Source: an uncultured Sphaerobacteraceae bacterium
Lineage (GTDB): Bacteria; Chloroflexota; Chloroflexia; Thermomicrobiales; UBA6265
DNA: 64,000 bases
NCBI GenBank assembly: GCA_964461025.1
Contig: CAYWSE010000006.1
Location: forward strand, 9,013-73,012
Direction of reading: 5' to 3'
The notes beneath the pieces were generated by a model. The model was not told where the DNA came from. It ran no database searches and worked only from the letters and a program-made list of their open reading frames with translations. Position numbers and translations under genes: made by a program. Shown piece by piece: positions 8,365 through 17,951 of this stretch (positions are counted from its first letter, which is position 1; each line of letters begins with the position of its first letter).

Positions 8365-9357
8365 TCAGCTGAACGCCGGCATCACCGAATCGGCCAGGAT
8401 ATCGACCGTTTCCTCGTCGACCTCGAACACATTGGCGATGAAGTAGTTGAAGCCCATCCCCCGCAGTTCCTCATAGAACGCGATCGCCTGCGCCGGAGTT
8501 CCAGGGAAGAGCGCCTCGCCGCACCAGTCGAGCTTCTCCTGCCCGTAGACCTCCGCCAGCCACGCCATCTTCGCCGCGACTGCCGTTTCATCCCGCCCCA
8601 GAACCAGCGTCATCGTGAAATGCGACCGCAGCACCGACTCTGGCGATCGCCCGAATTGCGTCAGATACTCGTTGAGCTTCGCGAATTTGCGGGCGATCTG
8701 CTCAATGGTGAATGCGCTGCCAATCGCCGGATGCGCGCCCATGTTCGACGCGTCCGCGTACTGGGCGACCTGCCGCAATGTCACCTTCTCGCCGCCACCT
8801 GCCAGGAGAATCGGTACTCGCGGTTGCTGAACCGGCAGCGCGAATCCGGACGGCACATTGACCGACCACTGTGCCCCTTTATAGGCGAATGGCTCGCCGC
8901 TCCAGATGCCGCGCAGAATGGCGATCGTCTCCTCCATGCCATCCAGTCTCGTCTGCAGCGACGGATACTCCAGCCCCATCTCGGCGAATTCGTAGGGAGC
9001 ATCGCCGATGCCGATGCCCAGCACCAACCGCCCGCCGGAAATGCGATCGACATCTGCCGCCTGCCGGGCCAGCATGTAGGGCGATCGGTAATAGATGCAA
9101 TCGACCAGCGTGCCGAGCCGAATCGTCGACGTCGATGCCGCCAGCGCCGCCAGCGAGGTCCAGCAGTCGGTGTTCACGCCTGGATGGTCGTAGGCGAAGT
9201 AGGCGTCGAACCCCTGCGCTTCCATTCTCTGCACGATGCCGGTGAAATTCGACCAGTCAGCCGGCTGAGGAAAGAAGCTGACCGCGAACCGGAGGCGCTC
9301 CTCCGCTTCCGCCACCCATGGATGGACGTCGCGAGGGGTGAGATCGACTGCACTCAT
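8365..9357 (-). CDS. Luciferase-like monooxygenase (LLM) family, F420-type oxidoreductase
   Basis: Start at the internal ATG 9357 (MSAVDLTPRD...). Motifs GFDAYFAYDH, TIRLGTLV and RLVLGIGIGD are typical of the LLM class. Confidence 0.8.
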   Translation of the reverse strand: MSAVDLTPRDVHPWVAEAEERLRFAVSFFPQPADWSNFTGIVQRMEAQGFDAYFAYDHPGVNTDCWTSLAALAASTSTIRLGTLVDCIYYRSPYMLARQAADVDRISGGRLVLGIGIGDAPYEFAEMGLEYPSLQTRLDGMEETIAILRGIWSGEPFAYKGAQWSVNVPSGFALPVQQPRVPILLAGGGEKVTLRQVAQYADASNMGAHPAIGSAFTIEQIARKFAKLNEYLTQFGRSPESVLRSHFTMTLVLGRDETAVAAKMAWLAEVYGQEKLDWCGEALFPGTPAQAIAFYEELRGMGFNYFIANVFEVDEETVDILADSVMPAFS

Positions 9358-9451
9358 GAACCAACTCCCGTCATCGGACTCATCTTCGCTTCTGCTGGCA
9401 GAATACCCGAAGTGATGCGGCAGTATGTGAGCACGCGAGAATGGCAAATCA

Positions 9452-10912
9452 ATGCTGGAAATGAACTGGATCGCGATCCCGACCGGGACATTCCTCATGG
9501 GCAGTGATCCTCGCGACGCAGTAACGCCGTCGCCTGACGAAATGCCGTTGCACCGCGTCGATCTTCCGGCTTTCCGCATTGGAAAAACGCCCGTCACGAA
9601 CCGGCAATATGCGCAATTCGTGGCTGCGGGCCATCCCGCTCCCGCCCACTGGCTGGGCCAGTCGCCCCCGGAGTCGCTGGCAGATGTTCCAGTCACGTAC
9701 GTCTCCCGTCCGGACGCCGAGGCCTTCTGCGCCTGGGCCGGAGGACGACTGCCTTCCGAGGCCGAGTGGGAGAAGAGCGCCCGTGGCCCCTCTCATTCAC
9801 TCGTTCCGGGCCTGGATGAAACCCGCCTCTGGCCGTGGGGAGACGCGCTCCCGGATGCGACGCGCTGCCATGTCGATCAACTGCGTCTGGGCAGCGCCCC
9901 CGCCGAACAACACGTCATGCCGGTCGGGCAGCTTTCGGCCGGAGCGAGTCCGTACGGCGTTCTCGACCTCGCCGGAAACGTCTGGGAATGGACCGGTTCG
10001 CCGTACGCGCCCTATCCATGGACATCGTCGCTGTCCGATCGCGAGCAGGAACCGGGCGTCGTGCGTGGAGGGAGCTACAACCACGACCTCAACGGCGTTC
10101 GCTGTGCCGACCGTACGCCGATGTCGTCAGGAGCCCGCGACGTCTACATTGGTTTCCGGATTGCCGCCGACGGCGATCTGCGACCCGGCCTCCGCATCGA
10201 CATGGTCGACATCCCCGCCGGGCCATTCTGGATGGGCAGCGAGCCTTCCCGCCGGAATTGCGCGGTGCACGACGATGAGTTGCCGCGCCACGCTGTCGAT
10301 CTCGATGCGTTCGAGATTTCGCAAACTCCGGTTACAAACCGGAACTATCTCGACTTCGTTCTCGCTACTGGGCACCCAGCGCCTCCCCACTGGACCGGTG
10401 CCCGTCCGCCAGACGACAAACTCGACCATCCCGTTACGTTCGTCGATTGGCACGACGCCACAGCCTACGCAACGTGGTCCGGTTTCCGTTTGCCAACCGA
10501 AGCCGAATGGGAACGAGCTGCTGCAGGCCCCAAGAACCGTATCTATCCATGGGGTGATGAGCCGCCTGACGGCACCCAGCTCGCTCCGCATTGTCCAGAC
10601 AGCATGCCAACGACCTCGCCAGTCGGCCAATATCCGCTCGGCGCAACCCCGGACGGCGTCCTCGACATGGCCGGCAACGTCTGGGAATGGGTGCAGTCGC
10701 GATACGGCCCCTATCCCTGCGATCCCGGCGACGGACGGGACGATCCACTTCCCGCTGGCAAGCGCGTCCTGCGTGGCGGCTCGTTTCTCAGTCCTTCGGC
10801 AGAGTTTGTCCGCTGCGCGATGCGCAGTCTCAGCTTCGAGTCGCGCCGCCGCGAACACATCGGCTTCCGCCTGGCGAGGTCGCCTATGACCAGTGCTTCC
10901 GGCCCTGAATGA
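9452..10912 (+). CDS. Protein with two tandem formylglycine-generating-enzyme (FGE-sulfatase/SUMF1) domains
   Basis: Two copies of the pattern IP.G.F.MGS...P.H.V.L..F.I...PVTN..Y..F...GH..P..W, each ending in GNVWEW...RGGS. Confidence 0.85.
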   Translation: MLEMNWIAIPTGTFLMGSDPRDAVTPSPDEMPLHRVDLPAFRIGKTPVTNRQYAQFVAAGHPAPAHWLGQSPPESLADVPVTYVSRPDAEAFCAWAGGRLPSEAEWEKSARGPSHSLVPGLDETRLWPWGDALPDATRCHVDQLRLGSAPAEQHVMPVGQLSAGASPYGVLDLAGNVWEWTGSPYAPYPWTSSLSDREQEPGVVRGGSYNHDLNGVRCADRTPMSSGARDVYIGFRIAADGDLRPGLRIDMVDIPAGPFWMGSEPSRRNCAVHDDELPRHAVDLDAFEISQTPVTNRNYLDFVLATGHPAPPHWTGARPPDDKLDHPVTFVDWHDATAYATWSGFRLPTEAEWERAAAGPKNRIYPWGDEPPDGTQLAPHCPDSMPTTSPVGQYPLGATPDGVLDMAGNVWEWVQSRYGPYPCDPGDGRDDPLPAGKRVLRGGSFLSPSAEFVRCAMRSLSFESRRREHIGFRLARSPMTSASGPE

Positions 10913-10982
10913 GCGTGTGCGCTACGCTATTGCAGCGCGTGCGCCCGGACGCAAGTGCTCGGCGCTAGGAAGTAAGAACCAC

Positions 10983-11006
10983 ACGTAGCGTCGCCATTTA
11001 TGGCGA
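10983..11006 (+). repeat. Solo GTAG-headed REP-like palindrome followed by TTTT
   Basis: cgtagcgtcgccatttatggcgac is identical to the box at 61584-61607. It lies 71 nt after the FGE gene stop. Confidence 0.7.
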
Positions 11007-11157
11007 CTTTTCACGGGTCGGGCGCTCGTGTATCGTGGGGCTTTCCGAACAGCGACGGCGACGAGTCTCCTGCAAGCCCGGCTGACGCATCCCGACCAGC
11101 GCGAAAAATGAACATCAGGACAGTCACTGACAGACCTCAGTAGGAGATCGATCGGGA

Positions 11158-12237
11158 ATGACGAAACTGACGGTGCTGGGAGGCGGCAACACCGCCTTCA
11201 GCCTTGCCGCCAAACTGGCGCTCGACGGTCATCAGATTCTGATCTGGGAGCATCCGGACTTTGCGCAGACGATCGACCCTTTGCGGGATTCCCTCACCAT
11301 CACCCTGAATGATCCCAACGGTACCCGCGTTGCCACGATCGATGTGGTCACCACCGATCCGGCCACCGCGCTGGCCTGGTCGGACACCCTGCTCTGCTCG
11401 GTGCCGTCCTACGCCCACGCGCCCTTCGCCGAACAGATCGTTCCCCACCTGCGACCGGGTCACGTCCTCACGCTGTTGCCTGGCAACCTCGGTTCTCTCG
11501 CATTCGCGAACGCCATCGCCGCCCGCGGCGTCAGCGGAGTCATCGTCTGCGAATCCGACACGGCCCCATACGTCTGCCGCAAAACGGCGTCGTCCGAAGC
11601 GACGATTTGGGGCAAGGTGAGCGGACTCGGCATCGGCGTCCATCCGAAAAGCCAGACCTCCGAAGTCATGCCCGAGCTGGCACGGCTCTTTCCCGGCGCT
11701 ACGGCACACGACCACGTCCTGGCGGCTGGGCTTTCGGCGATGAATCCCGTTGTCCTTCCTCCCGGCGTGCTTCTCAACGCCGGCCGTATCGAGCACAGCC
11801 GGGGTGAGTTCTATTTCTACGATGAGGGCGTGACTCCTGCGGTTGCCCGCGTCATCGAAGCGCTGGACGCCGAACGTCTTGCCATCGGTCGGGCTTTCGG
11901 ACTCGACCTCTTGCCGGTGGATAAAGCCTTTCACGCCGCCGGATTTGGACCGGACGGCGATCTCTGGAGCGTCATCAATGGCTCCAGGATGCTCACCGCG
12001 CTGCGCGCGCCCGGCTCGCTCGATACCCGCTGGCTGACCGAAGACGTACCGTACGGATTGATGACCTGGTCCGCGCTGGCCAGCATAGTCGGCATCGCCA
12101 CGCCGGTTATCGACTCCCTGGTCACGCTGACATCCGCGCTGACTGGCGTCGACTTCGCGCAACGTGCCCGTTCGCTTGCCGATCTCGGCGTCGACGCATC
12201 CGACCCTGCCGCCCTGATGACATATCTGGACCAGTGA
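11158..12237 (+). CDS. Opine (octopine/nopaline) dehydrogenase family NAD(P) oxidoreductase
   Basis: N-terminal Rossmann motif LTVLGGGNTAFSLA. C-terminal block RWLTEDVPYGL is typical of the octopine dehydrogenase family. Confidence 0.8.
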   Translation: MTKLTVLGGGNTAFSLAAKLALDGHQILIWEHPDFAQTIDPLRDSLTITLNDPNGTRVATIDVVTTDPATALAWSDTLLCSVPSYAHAPFAEQIVPHLRPGHVLTLLPGNLGSLAFANAIAARGVSGVIVCESDTAPYVCRKTASSEATIWGKVSGLGIGVHPKSQTSEVMPELARLFPGATAHDHVLAAGLSAMNPVVLPPGVLLNAGRIEHSRGEFYFYDEGVTPAVARVIEALDAERLAIGRAFGLDLLPVDKAFHAAGFGPDGDLWSVINGSRMLTALRAPGSLDTRWLTEDVPYGLMTWSALASIVGIATPVIDSLVTLTSALTGVDFAQRARSLADLGVDASDPAALMTYLDQ

Positions 12238-13415
12238 CCATGACAAACGCACGTTTCGACGATTCCATGACTGTCAGCACGCTGATCATCGGTGCCGGAC
12301 CATTCGGCCTGTCGCAGGCGGCGCGTCTCGGACATCTCGGCGTTGACTACCGCATCGTCGGAGACTCAATGAGCTTCTGGCGTCACAACATGCCAGCCGG
12401 CATGTTCCTCCGATCGTCATGGGACTGGCATCTCGACCCGCAGGAACATTGGACGATTGAGCGCTTTCTCGAGGAGCGCGGCATCGATCGTGCCTCTGTC
12501 AATCCGATTCCGATCGCGACCTACCTCGACTACGTCGAATGGTTCCGCCAGGGCTCCGGCATTGAACCAGAGAATGTTGTCGTCGAACGCCTGGTCCGCG
12601 AACCCGGTGGTCTCTTCCTCGCGCATCTGACGAACGGCGAGCAGATTCAAGCCCGTACCGTCGTTGTGTCGCTCGGGTTCTCGAGCTTCTCGATGCTGCC
12701 GGCGGAGGTCGTCGAGCGACTTCCAACTGGAATCGCCAAACACACGCTGAATACCGTCGACTTCTCCGGAGCGGCCGGACAACGCTGTCTGATCGTCGGT
12801 GGCCGCCAGAGTGCCTTCGAATGGGCCGCGTTGCTCGCCGAAGCGGGAGCGAAATCGGTCGACATCGTCCACCGCCACCCGTCGCCGGCCTTCGCCGAAG
12901 CCGACTGGACCTGGGTGCCGCCGCTCATCGAGAACATGGTGGCCAACCCGGCCTGGTATCGATCCTTGCCCGTCGAGGAACAAACCGCGTACGTCCATCG
13001 CCTGTGGGGCGAGGGGCGTCTGAAAGTCGAACCCTGGCTCGAACCGCGCATCCGTAGCGGGCCCGTCACAATTTGGCCCGAGACAACCATCGAGTCGTCG
13101 ACACAAACTGACAACGGCGTCGCCGTTCATCTCTCCAACCGCCAGCGACTCGACGTCGATCAGATCATTCTGGCGACCGGCTACAAACCCGACATCAGCC
13201 GCATCGATCTGCTGCGCAACGGCACACTCCTTGGCGAAATCGATCAGGAGAACGGCCTGCCCCGGCTCGACACCGGGTTCCAGACGACAGTGCCCGGGCT
13301 CTACATGACCAGCCTTCTCGCTGGCCGCGACTTTGGCCCCTTCTTCGGTTTCACTGTCGCATCGAGGGGTGCCGCCACCGTCCTCGGCGACGGTCTCGCG
13401 CGCCGCCTTTCCTGA
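12234..13415 (+). CDS. FAD/NAD(P)-binding oxidoreductase, flavin-monooxygenase-like
   Basis: GTG at 12234 overlaps the upstream TGA (GTGA); an alternative ATG is at 12240. First dinucleotide fold: IIGAGPFGLS. Second fold: CLIVGGRQSAFEWA. Confidence 0.75.
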   Translation: MTMTNARFDDSMTVSTLIIGAGPFGLSQAARLGHLGVDYRIVGDSMSFWRHNMPAGMFLRSSWDWHLDPQEHWTIERFLEERGIDRASVNPIPIATYLDYVEWFRQGSGIEPENVVVERLVREPGGLFLAHLTNGEQIQARTVVVSLGFSSFSMLPAEVVERLPTGIAKHTLNTVDFSGAAGQRCLIVGGRQSAFEWAALLAEAGAKSVDIVHRHPSPAFAEADWTWVPPLIENMVANPAWYRSLPVEEQTAYVHRLWGEGRLKVEPWLEPRIRSGPVTIWPETTIESSTQTDNGVAVHLSNRQRLDVDQIILATGYKPDISRIDLLRNGTLLGEIDQENGLPRLDTGFQTTVPGLYMTSLLAGRDFGPFFGFTVASRGAATVLGDGLARRLS

Positions 13416-13426
13416 CAACAAACGTC

Positions 13427-13514
13427 GAAAATGGCGGGCACGTCGGTGAAAATGGCCGGCCCGTCAACGTGGAATCCGGCCACGTGCCGCAATCGACGTA
13501 GAACCCGGCCCTGT
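13427..13514. repeat. Four imperfect direct repeats with core GAA(AA)T(GG)CCGGCC..GT in a convergent intergenic gap
   Basis: Units start at 13427, 13448, 13472 and 13501. The first two are gaaaatggcgggcacgtc and gaaaatggccggcccgtc, spaced 21 bp apart. Confidence 0.6.
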
Positions 13515-13522
13515 GCCAGCGC

Positions 13523-14971
13523 TCACGAGTCGCCTACTCGGACCGCGTTGCCGGGAGGACGGGAAACCTCGACTGACCGCGTGCCGCGACGCTCCAACCC
13601 GCGCCGGACCAGCGCCAGCGCGGTCTCGCCAACGCACCCGATCAGCACGCCGACACCCAGAGACGTCGCAAAGAGCAGGGGAAGATAGTACCGGTTGAAA
13701 TCGACTCCCAGCGCATAGAGGATCAACGCCGATTGCCCAAAAACTGCCGCCGCGCCGAGCGCATGCGGACTCGCCAATCCGTTCACCCAGGCGAGATAAA
13801 TCAGTAGCAGCAAACCGGGCACAGCCAGATAGAGATCGATCCTGACGCCCGACCAGTCGGCCCCGAACAGATCGCCCAGCTCACGGAAAATCCGCTCGCT
13901 GCTGCTGTACCGGTCGTTGAGGTTCTCCCAGGTCCGCCGCAACGCCTCTTCCCGCGAGGTGATCGCCGCCTGTGGCCAGAACCCGGCTTGATTGTCCATT
14001 TCCTGGCGCCGGAAGGCGAAGAGGAACCGTGTTCGCTCGATCGGCGCCGACCAGAGATAGGGGTAGGAGAGGATGAACAACGCTCCCACCACCGCCGGCT
14101 GAACGCCGAGCATCCAGCCAAGCGGCCGTTCCGTCCCCCGCGGCGCTCGCGATATCCATCCCCAGACCCGGCCAAGTCGTTGCCTGGACTGCAACCATGG
14201 ATCGAGCAGCAGCACCAGTCCATATACCGCGAATCCCGCTGCCAGACCGAGCGGACTCAGCTTCGTCGACGCGCCCAGCGCCATCGCCACGGCCAGCAGA
14301 CTCGCTCTCCACCAGGTCGGTCGCTTCGCCAGCCAGATCGCCGCGAGAGCCGAAAGCGACACGAAAAACGTGAATGCCGCATCGGAGGTGCCCAACGTCG
14401 AGAGATACTGGTTGAGTGGATTGACGAAGAGCACGACCGACGCCGCGATCCCTCCGGCAATATTCGTCAGTTCCGCGACGATCAGGAAGAGCATCACGGC
14501 GGTCAACGAACCCAGAACCATGCTGCCTCGTCGCGCCGCGATCAGGTCTGCTTCGGCGGGCATGGCATTCCGCGTCACATTCCAGGTCACATTCGATTCG
14601 AATCCGAACTGAAAATCCCACGCTCGGTTGGTGTCGAGATCGCGTCCCTGAGCCAGCAGCGACAGCCCCGTGACATACGAGCCCATCGGCGGCTGACCGC
14701 GAATCAGGTAGCGATCGGCCCAGGTCGAGCCCAGCGGGTCGAGAACCTCGCGCAGGTAGTAAGCGCGATTGATCCAGCGCGACTCGTCCGGGTGAAATGG
14801 CGAACTCCGCAGCTCCGACGAGATATCCCACATCGAACAGAGAAAGATCAGCACCGAGACGATTGCCAGCGCAATGCGCCGCCGCGCTGTCGGATTCACA
14901 CGGATGGGCATGCGAGATCGGGTGTCTGCGGACACTTCATTGGGCGATTCGAATGAAGACGTAGATGACAT
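13523..14971 (-). CDS. Polytopic membrane glycosyltransferase, GT39/ArnT/PMT-like
   Basis: Many predicted TM segments and an FHPDESRW loop after the first TM. The start is uncertain: ATG 14971 is chosen because the longer ORF runs into hairpins at 15151-15201. Confidence 0.65.
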   Translation of the reverse strand: MSSTSSFESPNEVSADTRSRMPIRVNPTARRRIALAIVSVLIFLCSMWDISSELRSSPFHPDESRWINRAYYLREVLDPLGSTWADRYLIRGQPPMGSYVTGLSLLAQGRDLDTNRAWDFQFGFESNVTWNVTRNAMPAEADLIAARRGSMVLGSLTAVMLFLIVAELTNIAGGIAASVVLFVNPLNQYLSTLGTSDAAFTFFVSLSALAAIWLAKRPTWWRASLLAVAMALGASTKLSPLGLAAGFAVYGLVLLLDPWLQSRQRLGRVWGWISRAPRGTERPLGWMLGVQPAVVGALFILSYPYLWSAPIERTRFLFAFRRQEMDNQAGFWPQAAITSREEALRRTWENLNDRYSSSERIFRELGDLFGADWSGVRIDLYLAVPGLLLLIYLAWVNGLASPHALGAAAVFGQSALILYALGVDFNRYYLPLLFATSLGVGVLIGCVGETALALVRRGLERRGTRSVEVSRPPGNAVRVGDS

Positions 14972-15182
14972 TCCCGGTTCGTGCTCGCTCACCCATTGCT
15001 CCAGATCGCTGGCGGTTGCATGGATTGAAGTGTACCGAAGCATCGCCCGCAGAGATCGGCGAAAAACAGATCGCTCCCGTGACTGAAATCGCGCCCTCAG
15101 TGAGAAAACCTGCCACAGCAAGTTGCAGGACAGTCGGTCTTTCACTTTCAACCCGCTTCAGCGGGTTTTCGGCTAGGCCAGA

Positions 15183-15201
15183 CCGGGGATTTCATCCCCG
15201 G
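15183..15201 (-). terminator. Stem-loop immediately after the aroA stop, with no U-tract
   Basis: ccggggat-ttc-atccccgg forms an 8-bp stem 6 nt from the aroA stop. A second hairpin, acccgc-ttca-gcgggt, lies at 15151-15166. Confidence 0.4.
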
Positions 15202-15206
15202 GCGGG

Positions 15207-16502
15207 TCATCGCAGCTGTTCGAGCCGCTGGAAGTAGTCGGGAAAGGTCTTCTGCACGCAACCAGGATCGAGAATGCGAATCCCCCCGGCGCGCAACCCC
15301 GCGACTGCGAAGCTCATCGCCATGCGGTGATCGTCGTATGTCGCGATCGAGGCGGGGATGATCGGCTGCGGCGTGATGGTCAGTCCATCGTCGCGTTCGA
15401 CGACATCCTGCCCCAGTTTTCTCAGTTCCGCCGCCACCGCAGCCACCCGGTCGGTTTCTTTGAGCCGCGCGTGATGCACTCCCCGGATCGTCGTCGGCCC
15501 ATCCGCGAATGGTGCGATCGCCGCCAGCGTCTGCGCGGTGTCCGAAATTGCATTGAGATCGAGATCGACGCCACGCAACTTCCCTTCCGGAGGACCGGTG
15601 ACTTCGGTGTAGTCATCGCCGATCGTCACCGCGGCGCCCATCGCCTCGAGCACCCGCACGAACTCGAGATCGCCCTGCGTCGACGACCTACCCAATCCGT
15701 TAACCCGCACACGGCCGCCAGTCACCGCTGCCGCCGCGAAGAAATAGGATGCGTTCGAAGCATCAGGTTCGATGGCGTAGTCGCGACCCAGGTATCGTTG
15801 TCCCGGAGCGACCCGGAATGTGCGCCACTCTTTCGTGTCAAGCACCGCCTCGACGCCGAAATCACGCATCACCTGCGCGGTCATCGTCATGTACGGTTTC
15901 GACACCAGATCGCCGATGACCTCGATCTCGACACCATTGCTGGCAAAAGGCGCCGCGATCAGCAGCGCCGAGAAGTACTGACTGCTCTGGTCGCCGGGAA
16001 TGCGAGCCACGCCGCCGGTCAGCTCGTTCGCCTCGATCCGAACCGGCGGACAATCTGTTCCGGCTTCGCTGACCGCATTGGCGCCCAGCTGATTCAGCGC
16101 ATCGAGCAGCGGACCGATCGGGCGCTTGCGCATGCGGGGCACACCATCGATGCGATAGACCCCCCGTCCAAGCGTCAGTGCCGCGACGAGAAAGCGCATT
16201 GCCGTTCCGGCATTGCCCACATAGAGTTCGCCGCTCGTTGCCGGGATTCTGCCGCCTTGCCCGTCGACCACATACCGGCAATTTGCTTCATCTGACTCGA
16301 CACGTATGCCAAGGTCGTTCAGCGCCGCGGCCATATACCGGGTGTCGTCGCTGTAGAGCGCGCCGGTCAGCACACTGCGACCATCAGCCAGCGCCGCGAT
16401 CAGCAGTGCCCGGTTTGTGATGCTCTTCGAGCCGGGGACCACAACCGTCGCGTCGACCGGACGACCGAGCGGAATGATCTCCAGCGAATCGGGGAACGTC
16501 AT
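15207..16502 (-). CDS. aroA: 3-phosphoshikimate 1-carboxyvinyltransferase (EPSP synthase)
   Basis: VVVPGSKSITNRALLIAALADG and LYVGNAGTAMRFL motifs over the full 431 aa. Confidence 0.95.
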   Translation of the reverse strand: MTFPDSLEIIPLGRPVDATVVVPGSKSITNRALLIAALADGRSVLTGALYSDDTRYMAAALNDLGIRVESDEANCRYVVDGQGGRIPATSGELYVGNAGTAMRFLVAALTLGRGVYRIDGVPRMRKRPIGPLLDALNQLGANAVSEAGTDCPPVRIEANELTGGVARIPGDQSSQYFSALLIAAPFASNGVEIEVIGDLVSKPYMTMTAQVMRDFGVEAVLDTKEWRTFRVAPGQRYLGRDYAIEPDASNASYFFAAAAVTGGRVRVNGLGRSSTQGDLEFVRVLEAMGAAVTIGDDYTEVTGPPEGKLRGVDLDLNAISDTAQTLAAIAPFADGPTTIRGVHHARLKETDRVAAVAAELRKLGQDVVERDDGLTITPQPIIPASIATYDDHRMAMSFAVAGLRAGGIRILDPGCVQKTFPDYFQRLEQLR

Positions 16503-16517
16503 GACTGCGAGCCGAAA

Positions 16518-17633
16518 CTAGACGACATACTTGCCATCAACCAGAAACGCCTCGCCATCGACCTCCACCCGGCCGCCTTCGCGCAAATCGCACAGCATGT
16601 CCCAGTGAATCGCCGACGTGTTCTTGCCGCCGGTCTCGAGATAGGTTTCGCCCAGGGCCAGGTGAATCGTCCCGCCGATCTTCTCGTCGAAGAGCATCTG
16701 CCGCGTGAACTGCTGGATGTCGTAGTTCGTGCCAAAGGCGAACTCGCCCAGGATGCGTGCGCCGGGATCGACCTCGAGCTGCTGCAACAGGAGCGCCTCG
16801 CCCCGCTGGGCCGAGGCATTGACGACTTTGCCGTCCTTGAACTCCAGCAGGATTCCCGCTACTTCCTGGCCCGCATAGATCGCTGGAAAGGAGTAGGTGA
16901 TGCGTCCATTCACCGAGTCTTCCACCGGGGCCGAGAAGATCTCGCCATCGGGGAAGTTCTTCTTTCCGTCCGCGTTGATCCACTTGCGGCCCTTGACCGA
17001 CAGGGTCAAATCGGTGCCGGGACCGGTGATATGCAGATTCTCCCGACCTGCTAGCCAGTCGATCAGCCGCTGTTGCTCCTTCCCCTGCTTCTTCCATGCG
17101 GCAACCGGGTCGTCCTCGTGCAATTTGCAGGCCCGGTAGACGAACTCGGAGAAATCGGCCGTCGACATGTTGGCGTCCTGCGCCTGCCCGTCAGTCGGGT
17201 AAAGCGTCAGCGTCCACTCGACCTCGCCCCGTCCCTCGCGCTCCATGAACGTCTTGAAAAGACCGCCTCGCGCTTTCTGGAACATTGCCTGCCGTTCCGG
17301 TGAAACACCGGCCAGCGAGCGAGTGTTGGTGTCGGCGATCACCTGCACGACCACGTCGGCTTCCTCGCGCACGAATCGCTCGATTGGCGTCAGGAACTGC
17401 AATTGCTCGTCCGAGCCGTGATTGACGAGGTCCGCGTTGATGCCGGTCAGCACCGGAAACATCACCGGTTTGCCGCCCAGCTCGATCACCTCGCGATAGA
17501 TGGCTCGCAGCAGCGGCTCCGAGGTCGTTCCACCCTGAATCGCCACAGTGTCGCCGGGCTTCACTTCCGCCGAAAAACCAACCAGCGCTTTCGCCCATTT
17601 GCGCATCGGATCGTGTGTCATCGTAGGTCCCAT
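16518..17633 (-). CDS. M29 family aminopeptidase (AmpS/PepS-like)
   Basis: 371-aa ORF with family-typical blocks KWAKALVGFS..VKPGD and GEFAFGTN, ending in HWDM. Only 15 nt separate it from aroA downstream. Confidence 0.85.
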   Translation of the reverse strand: MGPTMTHDPMRKWAKALVGFSAEVKPGDTVAIQGGTTSEPLLRAIYREVIELGGKPVMFPVLTGINADLVNHGSDEQLQFLTPIERFVREEADVVVQVIADTNTRSLAGVSPERQAMFQKARGGLFKTFMEREGRGEVEWTLTLYPTDGQAQDANMSTADFSEFVYRACKLHEDDPVAAWKKQGKEQQRLIDWLAGRENLHITGPGTDLTLSVKGRKWINADGKKNFPDGEIFSAPVEDSVNGRITYSFPAIYAGQEVAGILLEFKDGKVVNASAQRGEALLLQQLEVDPGARILGEFAFGTNYDIQQFTRQMLFDEKIGGTIHLALGETYLETGGKNTSAIHWDMLCDLREGGRVEVDGEAFLVDGKYVV

Positions 17634-17730
17634 CCTGTAAAGAGGAAGAACATTGTGGAAACGGCGGACCAGAATCTGGTCCGCCGCCCGTTATACCACG
17701 CGAAGTCGAAGAATCCCTTGGAGGCCCACT

Positions 17731-17945
17731 CGGGGATGGAATCCCCGATCTCATCCCGCTGAAACCCGCTAATCCGGGTTCGTGCTGTTCTCCCTTTCCC
17801 CCGCGTCAACAAGCTTCTCGTCAACACGTCTGTCCAGCCGGGGAAAGGGCTGGGGATAGGGGGTTGTCGGGCGTATCCGCATCAAGTTGTCAACTCTCAT
17901 TAGCAGGTTTTGCTCACTGAGACCGTGATTTCGATCACGGGGTCG
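17731..17945. repeat. MITE-like element, copy 1 (core 17787-17910)
   Basis: About 88 percent identical over 124 nt to 57214-57336. Internal 10-bp stem ccctttcccc/ggggaaaggg. Flanks contain the hairpins ggggatggaatcccc and ccgtgatttcgatcacgg. Confidence 0.75.
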
Positions 17946-17951
17946 GGGCTC

